A stretch of 64,000 nucleotides of DNA, from contig JBJBEO010000001.1 in NCBI GenBank assembly GCA_047284725.1, positions 1,112,203 to 1,176,202 of the forward strand, read 5' to 3'. Positions 42,428 through 50,568 of this stretch are shown here, in pieces. Source of the DNA: Synechococcus sp. (GTDB taxonomy: Bacteria > Cyanobacteriota > Cyanobacteriia > PCC-6307 > Cyanobiaceae). The position numbers were made by a program, and so were the translations under genes. Position 1 is the first letter of the stretch; each line of letters opens with the position of its first letter. Below the pieces are notes generated by a model. It saw nothing but the letters and a program-made list of their open reading frames with translations, searched no databases and had not been told where the DNA came from.

Positions 42428-43462
42428 TTACAGCAGGGAGTTGGCGACAAATGAGTTCGCTGGTCGCCAGCGACTTGGTATCGCGTTGATAGCGAGCTGG
42501 TCGCATTGCTGAAGGAAGCTCGCGCGTTTCTGCTTGGTGGCACCGGTCTGCGCAATCAGCGTCTCGCGGAGTGGGTGGTGGCTGTCTATGAGCCAGTTGT
42601 TCCTCACGTTCAGGCGCTCAAGGTACTCGATGTGTGGGATGAGGTCGAATTTTCCACCTGGGCCACGGTTGCACTCTGTGCAGGCCAGAACGAGGTTCCA
42701 TACACCGTCGATATTCAAGCCACAAAACGGCTCGGCATGGTCGAGTCGCTTGGGGAAAAAGTGGTCGACATCGGCGTCCAACGTCTCACTACGGTCGATG
42801 GTGATTGGTTGATGGCAATAGAAACATGTGCCTTTCTGATACCCGTTTAAAGCATCGCGCACTCCGGCTATTGACACCCGACGAGTTGCGTCAGTCGCGA
42901 TGAAAAGCTCGCCAATCTCAATGTCTGTTCTTACTTCCAACACGCGCGAAGGCACTCCAAGGTTCCAGGCCGTCTCAACTAGACGCCATCGTGCTTCCGC
43001 CTCTAGCGCCAAGCTGTTGGCCTGCGTGTCCGCCATGAGTCGTCGAAACTCTTCAGTGAGCCGGATTCCTTTGGCTGTCGCACGCTCGTCGTGGAAGAAC
43101 CGAATTGGTACATCTGAAGAGCCGACGATGTGAAATGCATCGATGACATTGTTGAAGCCACGCCTGACGGTCTCCATGCGTAGTTGATCGGCTGAGAGTT
43201 CGCCGCGGTTGAAGTTGCGACAGGCGTCGAGAAACACGCTTGAGCGCGAGGTCGCTTGTCGATCCGCGGAATTGAGGTGTCGGGCGATCTCCCGAGCGAA
43301 AGGTACCGCGAGATCATCAAGGCGGACGAGGTCATCGGTTGCTGGGGCGAGCTCAACCAACGAGCGAGCGAGGGCAAACTTGTATGACGCGACGTTTCGA
43401 CCAAAAAGGACGATCGCCCGCCAGCAGGATGCGGGATTCGGCTTGCTCTCAATGAATGTCGT
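42428..43462 (-). CDS. HNH endonuclease (canonical start missing; ACG at 43462, first TTG at 43360)
   Basis: in-frame WRAIVLFGRNVASYKFALA upstream of the called start; CFYC, VDHFFP, WNLVLACTECN. Confidence 0.85.
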   Translation of the reverse strand, partial: TTFIESKPNPASCWRAIVLFGRNVASYKFALARSLVELAPATDDLVRLDDLAVPFAREIARHLNSADRQATSRSSVFLDACRNFNRGELSADQLRMETVRRGFNNVIDAFHIVGSSDVPIRFFHDERATAKGIRLTEEFRRLMADTQANSLALEAEARWRLVETAWNLGVPSRVLEVRTDIEIGELFIATDATRRVSIAGVRDALNGYQKGTCFYCHQPITIDRSETLDADVDHFFPKRLDHAEPFCGLNIDGVWNLVLACTECNRGPGGKFDLIPHIEYLERLNVRNNWLIDSHHPLRETLIAQTGATKQKRASFLQQCDQLAINAIPSRWRPANSFVANSLL

Positions 43463-43515
43463 GGTCGAGGCGCTTCGGATGCACCCCGATTCTACTTAAG
43501 CCGCTTTCTCGATGC

Positions 43516-43596
43516 TTCTAACGCCCAAGCTGTGCGGCGCAAACGAAGCGCAGCGTAGTTTGCGTCCGAACGAGCGGAACGAGCGCCTTGTTAGCT
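43516..43596 (-). repeat. attC site
   Basis: minus strand AGCTAAC...GTTAGAA with inner IR GCAAACTACGC/GCTTCGTTTGC; contains the upstream gene's stop. Confidence 0.88.
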
Positions 43597-44438
43597 ATTT
43601 TTGAATACATGATTTCGATGGTGCTCCATATAACCCATTAATCTGCTTGGCACCTTCCTCAATTTGAGATTGCCAGCCAATCCAAGTTTTCAATGTCATC
43701 TTGTGATAGTTGAGGGGAAATCATTGCTATACCGGCTTCATCGAATGTGATTAGTCCCAAATCAAACAAGTGATCTAATGTGGGTTGCAATAACAGCCCA
43801 TTCATTGGGTCAAGACGCTCTTGATTGGATGAATCTCTCCACGGTTTGATATGCGAGGCTCGAACCACAGAGAGATTGCCTAACCCAGTAACTGAGCAAC
43901 TTCCCCATACTTCAACTACACCATCCCTGAACAAGCCCTGCCCGATGCGACTCTTTACGATTGATTTTTTTTCAGTTTGATCTAGCGATTTGAATTCATC
44001 CTTGTGCGCTTCGATATCGTCAAACATGTCTGGACGTTGACTTTTGTTCCCGACCGAAAACACAAATTGACTGGGTGACGAGCTAAGGCGGCGATGTTCT
44101 TTTAGATGAATCTGTCCGCAATACACAAATGGCGTATGATGAATGTCTCGATAAAAGAGGTGTATTTCATCATTCACAGACTCTGCATTGATCACTCTGT
44201 TGTCTGATGAATGCTTTTCTTCGCCTTCTCAGTGAAGCAGCTCGCCGTCTAAATAATCATTGTATTGAGTTAGTGCTTCTTGTTTTTGTTTTGTGACAAA
44301 CAGGATGATGTATTTAGTTCCTGATGGCGTTACAACGCCCCTGGAAATAGCCTGAAACCCTTTGTAGCCCCAAATATCAGCCAGGGATGGCCGCTCATAT
44401 TCTTGCCCAATTTTCAGTTTTTCAAGGCTGACTGGCAC
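43591..44438 (-). pseudogene. N-terminal domain + HNH endonuclease cassette gene, disrupted
   Basis: in-frame TGA at 44229-44231; RIGQGLFR, ASHIKPW, NGLLL..LDHLFDLGLITF; frameshift near 43688 restores YMEHHRNHVF and a stop inside the attC. Confidence 0.85.
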
Positions 44439-44454
44439 GGTATTTCCTTTTGAT

Positions 44455-44612
44455 GGCTAACAGTGTTTCGGCGGACAGTAGAAGTTGCTAATAGTTGATT
44501 TTTTGCTGCATAAGCTGGCAATGGCAGCTTTCCCCCAAGATCAACACCCCAGCTCTAGCAACAATTTTAGCGGATTCCACTCCTCGCATGGATTGTTATG
44601 CGGACCGCAAAA
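44455..44612 (-). repeat. 158-bp attI-like element, copy B
   Basis: ends in GTTAGCC just before a cassette; end-to-end similarity to 45215-45372. Confidence 0.65.
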
Positions 44613-44707
44613 GCTCTTCAACGCTTGGTTGCTTAGCTGAAGGCCATAATCCTTATGGAGACCATTTCAAGTCATTCATATGGGGCGATTGTTGGTCGCT
44701 TAATGGT

Positions 44708-44809
44708 GCCTAGCGCCCCGTTTAGCGGCTTTTTATAGTTGGCTAAAATAACGAACGCAATGAGGGAAGCCAACTATTAAAAGTCCCAGCCTGCAACGCC
44801 TTGTTATAT
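44708..44809 (-). repeat. attC site (R' degenerate: GCTAGGC)
   Basis: minus strand ATATAAC...; inner IR ATAGTTGGCT/AGCCAACTAT; overlaps upstream stop. Confidence 0.85.
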
Positions 44810-45208
44810 GTGTTGAACACCATTCCATCCATTTCGGTTTATGATTTTAAACTTTGAATCGTCTTTGCTGTAGCAACTAGACTTTAATGATGAAAAGTCT
44901 AGGTTGTTTCGCGGAACCTCAAAGTATTCAAAAACCTTGTTGCCATCGGTAGCAACCAATAAAGTAATACCATCTAGTGTGTGAATTTTACTTTTTGTCT
45001 CGATGTCGAACTTAAAGCCTATTAGATCTTCCGCGCTTTGGTTGTTTGAATAAGGTGTAATTATGCAAACTTGTTTCCAGTTCCCTCTTATCTCTATTGA
45101 TAAGTCGACAAACTCTTTTGAATGGTCAAAAGTTCGTTCTGGAGCTTCGCCCACCTTGGAGCAAGAAATCAATAATATCACTAAAATAACAGTCAGACAC
45201 TTATTCAT
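44804..45208 (-). CDS. first cassette: putative lipoprotein
   Basis: MNKCLTVILVILLISC lipobox; AT-rich; between GTTATGT and an attC. Confidence 0.8.
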   Translation of the reverse strand: MNKCLTVILVILLISCSKVGEAPERTFDHSKEFVDLSIEIRGNWKQVCIITPYSNNQSAEDLIGFKFDIETKSKIHTLDGITLLVATDGNKVFEYFEVPRNNLDFSSLKSSCYSKDDSKFKIINRNGWNGVQHI

Positions 45209-45214
45209 AAACAC

Positions 45215-45372
45215 ACATAACAGTCTTACGGCGGTCCGCACAAGCTGCCGCCAGGCAGCTTATGCGGCAAAAAAATCCGTTTGAATCACCTCTCAGGAAC
45301 CAATTACCTACTTTTAGCAAGACCACCGCACCCCATCCAAGCCCGGCTTGGTTTGTTACCAGGACCGCAAAA
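45215..45372 (-). repeat. 158-bp putative attI platform, copy A
   Basis: starts 11 bp after the intI stop and ends at G/TTATGT of the first cassette; contains hairpin 45236-45267. Confidence 0.65.
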
Positions 45373-45383
45373 CATCCTCGGGT

Positions 45384-46358
45384 TCAGAGCAAGTCCGCGG
45401 GACTGCGGACGACTGATGGACCGCGATTCAGCACATGGGTGTAGATCATCGTGGTCTTCACATCGCTGTGACCCAGCAGCTCTTGAATCATGCGGATGTC
45501 GGCTCCCTGCTCCAGCAGGTGTGTGGCAAACGAATGGCGGAAGGTGTGGCAGGTGGCTGGCTTGCTGATCCCCGCCGCCTGCACGGCAGCACGCACGGCC
45601 CGCTGTACCAGGCTCGGATCCAGGTGGTGTCTCCCCTCCAGTCTCTGCCGGGGACTCCGCCAACGGCGGCATTAGGGAAACAGCCATTGCCAGGCCCATT
45701 CCCTCGCCGCATTTCGGTATTTCTTCTCCAGGGCATGGGGGAGCTCCACCGCACCCCAACCCGCTGCCAGATCGGCCTGGTGCACACTCCTCACGTGCTG
45801 CAGGTGCCGTTGCAAGGGCTCCACCAGGCTCGAGGGAAGCACGGTGCGCCGGTCCTTGCCTCCTTTGCCGCAGCGCACCGTGATGCAGCACTTCTCCAGG
45901 TCCACATCCTTGATCCGCAGCCTTAGCGCCTCCATCAGCCTCAGTGCACTTCCATAGAGAAGCTGGGCCACCAGGGCCTCGGCTCCGCCCAGATGGCCAA
46001 GCACGGCCTTTACTTCATCCACCGTCATCACCACGGGAAGGCGCGCCCGTCTGCGGGCTCGGATCACACCCTCCAGGTTCCCCACATCACCACCCAGCAC
46101 CGTGCGATAGAGAAACAGCAAGGCCGCCAGCGCTTGGTTCTGCGTGGAGGCACTCACTCTCTCCTCTGTCGCCAGATGACTCAGGAACGCATTGATCTCT
46201 GCCTCCCCCATCTCACGCGGATGACGCATCCGTTGAAAGCGCAGGAATCTCCGCAGCCAGTGCTCATAGCTCGACACTGTCCGGCGTGCGTAGTGCCTCA
46301 CCTGCAGCTCTTCCCGGTAGCGCTGGATCAGGCCCGGCGGCTGGTTCGGGTTGGCCAT
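45384..46358 (-). pseudogene. intI: integron integrase with single in-frame TAA (45672-45674)
   Basis: SASTQNQAL, LYGSALRLMEA, GKGGKDR, IntI insert [49 protein letters not shown]; both ORFs in the same frame. Confidence 0.95.
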
Positions 46359-46510
46359 CGATGGGGTGTCTGCGCAAAGGGAGTGTTCCCCCACTTCGAC
46401 AATCATCAGCAACAGCTGTTCACAACATGGATTGGCGATACCTCCCTGCGCCCCGCCTGATACGCCTTGCTAGCGATTGGGCGGCTCCGAGAACCGTTTT
46501 TGCCGTCGAA

Positions 46511-46905
46511 CATTGCCATTCCCATTCACGCTCGGCTGGGGTATTGGCGACCTAACGCATCGGCAATCAGGACCTGCCCCCAACCGGCCTTTCGATCACG
46601 CTGGTGAAACTTGCGAACATCACTTAGATGGCGTGCCAGTGCTGGGAACATGCTTTGTGGCAAGAGCGTCAGTCGATCCTTCCCCCCTTTGCCATCGCGC
46701 ACGCAGAGCTCTCGCCGCTCGATGCTGATGTCTTTGACGCGCAGGCTTAAGGCCTCCATCAAGCGCAACGCACTGCCGTTCAGCAATCCCACCACCAGCC
46801 TTGGTGAACCCTGCAGTGTCGCGTTCGAGCCCGGATGACGGAATCCAACACCAAGGGTTTGCCGAGCAGTTCGCGATCGAGAAACAGCACTGCAACTGGA
46901 TTGGG
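46511..46905 (-). pseudogene. intI: degraded second integron-integrase fragment
   Basis: LFLDRELL..VIRAR / GSALRLMEALSLRVKD, GKGGKDR, GWGQV, REWEWQ across several frames. Confidence 0.85.
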
Positions 46906-47079
46906 GCCTCCGTTGGCTGTCATCGTCTGGGCCGCTGGCCAGGAGCGGATTGCTGTTGACCGATGCAACGCTCCTCCTCGTCGGCCATTGCCTAGAGCGC
47001 AGCAACGTCTTCTCGGTCCACAACCACGTGCGAGACGGTTACGGTCTCGTCGTGAGGTCCGGGGTTTTAGGGAATTGCC

Positions 47080-47298
47080 ATGGCACTGAGTGAGGAAGAA
47101 AGACTCAGGACGCGCCATCGTCTGCTGGAGTTCCTCAAATTTCGGGTGCTTGCCGCAGAGGATCAGTTTTTTGATGACCGTTCCCCCGATCAGCGTCGGC
47201 AATGGTTGAAGGGTCTCTTCCCTCAGGCCCTCTGCCTCTCGGATGAAGACCTGGACCAGGTCTGGCAGCAGGCGTACGCCCTCTACGGCTGTCACTGA
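47080..47298 (+). CDS. small hypothetical protein
   Basis: [13 protein letters not shown] helix; 72 aa. Confidence 0.7.
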   Translation: MALSEEERLRTRHRLLEFLKFRVLAAEDQFFDDRSPDQRRQWLKGLFPQALCLSDEDLDQVWQQAYALYGCH

Positions 47299-47368
47299 AC
47301 GTCTGCGGCGGCAATGGCGTGGTAGGTCAGCCGTTTCATGCCCGGCTTCTAGGGTGAAGGGTCTTCGC

Positions 47369-48706
47369 ATGCTGGCCATCACCGCTTCGTTGTCTCCCTC
47401 CGTTGTGTCTGGACAGAGCTTTGGGGATTTGGGCCTCAGTGCGCCCCTGCTCAGGGCTTTGGAGGAGAAGGGGTATCAGGCACCCTCACCCATCCAACAG
47501 CAGGCCATTCCGGTGGTTCTGCGCGGTCGGGACCTGATGGCTGCAGCCCAGACCGGCACTGGAAAAACCGCAGGCTTCACCCTGCCGATGTTGGAGCGGT
47601 TGAGCCACGGCGCTCGCCCCGGGCGTGGTCAGATCCGTGCCCTGGTGCTGACCCCCACCCGTGAGCTGGCGGCCCAGGTTCTCGACAATGTGCGTGACTA
47701 CAGCCGGCATCTGCGCCTTCGCAGCGAGGTGGTGTTTGGCGGGGTGAAGATCAACCCGCAGATCCAGCGTCTGCAGCAGGGGATTGATGTGCTCGTGGCT
47801 ACTCCCGGGCGTCTGCTCGACCTGCATCAGCAGGGGGCCGTTCGCTTTGACCGTGTGGAATTCCTCGTGCTCGATGAAGCCGATCGCATGCTCGATATGG
47901 GTTTCATTCACGACATCCGGAAGGTGCTGTCGCGTTTGCCCGACCGTCGCCAGAACCTTCTCTTCTCAGCCACCTTCAGCCCATCGATTCGCAAACTGGC
48001 CACCGGGCTGCTGCAGGACCCGGAGCAGATCCAGATCACACCGCCGAACCAGACCGCACGCTCCGTGGAACAGGTGGTGCATCCCTGTGACATGAAGCGC
48101 AAACCCGACTTGTTGAGCCACCTGATCCGTTCGAACGACTGGCGGCAGGTGCTGGTGTTCTCTCGCACGAAACACGGCGCCAACCGTGTGGCCGAGAAGC
48201 TCACCAAGGAAGGGCTTGAAGCCGCTGCCATCCACGGCAACAAAAGCCAGGGAGCCCGTACGCGTGCCCTCCAGGGATTCAAGGATGGCCGGGTTCGCGT
48301 GCTGGTCGCCACGGATATTGCGGCCCGTGGCATCGACATTCAGCAACTTCCCCATGTGGTCAATCTTGACCTGCCCAACGTGGCCGAAGATTATGTGCAT
48401 CGGATCGGCCGGACCGGACGGGCTGGCGAATGTGGTCATGCCATTTCCCTTGTGGCCGCGGAAGAAGCCCTGCTGCTCAAGGCGATTGAACGCACTACGA
48501 ACGAGCGTCTCGAAAGGGTCCTGGTCCCTGGGTTTGAACCGACGGTTCTCGAGGCTCCCCCCCTTGATCTCAGTGGTGGCCGCGGTCGTCGTGCACCACG
48601 TGGAGGCAGAGGCGGCGGCGGCCGCCATGATCGTGGCGCCAGTGCCCATTCCCGCTCCCCATCGACCGGCAGGCCGAAACGATCGGGTCGCCCTCCACAA
48701 CGCTGA
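47369..48706 (+). CDS. DEAD-box RNA helicase (RhlE-like)
   Basis: [32 protein letters not shown]-rich tail. Confidence 0.95.
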   Translation: MLAITASLSPSVVSGQSFGDLGLSAPLLRALEEKGYQAPSPIQQQAIPVVLRGRDLMAAAQTGTGKTAGFTLPMLERLSHGARPGRGQIRALVLTPTRELAAQVLDNVRDYSRHLRLRSEVVFGGVKINPQIQRLQQGIDVLVATPGRLLDLHQQGAVRFDRVEFLVLDEADRMLDMGFIHDIRKVLSRLPDRRQNLLFSATFSPSIRKLATGLLQDPEQIQITPPNQTARSVEQVVHPCDMKRKPDLLSHLIRSNDWRQVLVFSRTKHGANRVAEKLTKEGLEAAAIHGNKSQGARTRALQGFKDGRVRVLVATDIAARGIDIQQLPHVVNLDLPNVAEDYVHRIGRTGRAGECGHAISLVAAEEALLLKAIERTTNERLERVLVPGFEPTVLEAPPLDLSGGRGRRAPRGGRGGGGRHDRGASAHSRSPSTGRPKRSGRPPQR

Positions 48707-48723
48707 TCTGACCTTGTCTTGTT

Positions 48724-49533
48724 ATGGGCTTTGACCCCCGACAGTGGTCCGCTCAGCCCCGCCACCAGCACGTCACCACCAACGTGGAGGCTCTGCTTGC
48801 AGAGAATGAATCGCTCCGCCGGGAGGTGCGCCATCTGAGAACGCAGCTGGAGTCTCTGGAGCGTCAGCGTCAACACCCCCCCGCATGGAACCGACCCCAT
48901 CAACGGTCGACGCATCCCGACCCCTTGGTGACCGCCCAGCAGGTGAAGCGATGGGGAGAGCTGCTTGCTCAGCAACCCGGCTGGTCAGACCTTCGTGCCA
49001 AGGGGTTGGAACAGCTGGTTGAGACCCTCAATCGCCAGAGTTTTCATCCCAACCTCAGCCTGCAACAGCGGCTTGATCGCTTGCTCCCCGGCCTGGGGCA
49101 AGACCTTCTGTCCGCCATGGCGGGGCCCATGGGCAAGAAGCAGTGGGCTGTTCTGTCGGCCTTTGCCCTCTATGGCGTTCGCACGCGTGAATGGCTGCAG
49201 GAAGATCCTCGCCGAGTCGTGGCAGAACTGCGGCAGCGGTTGGTGCGCAGCACGGCAGGTCGGCGCACCCGTTCTGATCAGCGTGCCTCTGATCGCAGCG
49301 ATGCTTCACAGGGTGCGGGTCGTGGAAGCGGAGCAGAACCAGGCGGGGCGCCGAGAGGAGCGGATCCACGCAAGCTGGAGGATCTGGCGGCACTCGGTCT
49401 GTCCTGGGGAGCCACCCGCGAACAGATCAAGCAGGCCCATCGTCGCCTGGTGAAACGGCACCATCCCGATATGGGCGGTGTTGCAGCGGACTTCCATCGC
49501 ATCAATCAGGCTTATCAGCGCCTAGTCGCCTAA
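48724..49533 (+). CDS. protein with C-terminal J domain
   Basis: HHPDMGG near C-terminus; N-terminal coiled coil. Confidence 0.85.
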   Translation: MGFDPRQWSAQPRHQHVTTNVEALLAENESLRREVRHLRTQLESLERQRQHPPAWNRPHQRSTHPDPLVTAQQVKRWGELLAQQPGWSDLRAKGLEQLVETLNRQSFHPNLSLQQRLDRLLPGLGQDLLSAMAGPMGKKQWAVLSAFALYGVRTREWLQEDPRRVVAELRQRLVRSTAGRRTRSDQRASDRSDASQGAGRGSGAEPGGAPRGADPRKLEDLAALGLSWGATREQIKQAHRRLVKRHHPDMGGVAADFHRINQAYQRLVA

Positions 49534-50556
49534 ACGGTCTCCGACTTCGGCCTGCAGTTGCTGGAGCAGCTGAACGGCACCGGCTCGGCTTTTTCCCTCC
49601 AGTTGTGCTTCTTTCACCAACACTGGGCATCCACGCGAGGCCACCACGACACCGCAGTCAGGCACCACCGCCATCACCGTTCCAGGATCAATCGCTGGGT
49701 CGGACGTTCCGCCCGGGGGCAGGCCATAGCGTTGGGCCAGTTGAGCGGCTTGTTGGCTGAGATCAACAGCAAGGCGTTGTACCAGCGGCTCAGTGGCTGT
49801 GATTTTGAGCCGTTTCCCCTTCCATGTCGTCGTTGCACCGGGGTAAAGACCCATCACCTTGCGGTGAATGGCCAGAGCTGATTGCGTCCAGTCAATCTGG
49901 AAGTCGTCTTTGGTGAGCATCCGCGCGTAGCAGCTATCGGATGTCTGCGGTTTCACGTTCAAGCGCCGAAGCCTTTCCTGCTCGGGCCCTGGACCGGCGG
50001 CTTCGATCAGGGGCATGGCCTTCACCATCAGTTCGGCTGTGAGTTGGCTCAGGCGCTCACCCAGATCGGATGCAGTGTCTTGCAGCTGAATCGGCAGGCG
50101 TTGTTCGAGAAGCACGGGGCCCGTGTCGAGTCCTTCTTCCATCGCCATCACGCCGACGCCGGTTTCGTGATCCCCTTCCAGCAGTGACCACTGAATGGGG
50201 CCTGCCCCGCGCCACCTCGGCAGCAGCGATCCGTGACCGTTCCAGCATCCCAGCGGGGGCTGCTCGAGAATGCGTTTGGGCAGGATCTGACCGAAGGCCA
50301 CCACCACGGAGACATCCGCCCCCAGTGAGGCCAGTGTCTCCTGGCAATCCAGGTCGGTTTTGATGCGCTCCGGGGTGAAGATCGGCAGATCCAGCTTGAG
50401 GGCAGCGTCCTTCACGGGTGAGGGCATCAGCCGTTTCCCCCGCCCACGTCTGCGGTCGGGCTGTGTCACCACCCCAACAATGGTGTGTCCTGCCCGTTGC
50501 AGCGCCGTCAGCGTGGGAACGGCGTAAGCAGGCGTTCCCCAGAAAAGGATGTTCAC
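49522..50556 (-). CDS. fmt: methionyl-tRNA formyltransferase
   Basis: FWGTP, TQPDR, HGSLLPRWRGAGPI, GLDTG. Confidence 0.96.
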   Translation of the reverse strand: MNILFWGTPAYAVPTLTALQRAGHTIVGVVTQPDRRRGRGKRLMPSPVKDAALKLDLPIFTPERIKTDLDCQETLASLGADVSVVVAFGQILPKRILEQPPLGCWNGHGSLLPRWRGAGPIQWSLLEGDHETGVGVMAMEEGLDTGPVLLEQRLPIQLQDTASDLGERLSQLTAELMVKAMPLIEAAGPGPEQERLRRLNVKPQTSDSCYARMLTKDDFQIDWTQSALAIHRKVMGLYPGATTTWKGKRLKITATEPLVQRLAVDLSQQAAQLAQRYGLPPGGTSDPAIDPGTVMAVVPDCGVVVASRGCPVLVKEAQLEGKSRAGAVQLLQQLQAEVGDRLGD

Positions 50557-50568
50557 GTCAACGCTCGT

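Larger units (their letters stand above)
41458..46905 (-). mobile_element. reverse-orientation integron (intI + downstream cassette array), decaying
   Basis: IntI motifs, attC sites after co-oriented single-gene units, heterogeneous base composition. Confidence 0.88.

Noticed and set aside
45236..45277. Hairpin plus A-tract as intI terminator
   Set aside because: On the intI strand the U-run precedes the hairpin; better explained as part of the 158-bp element.
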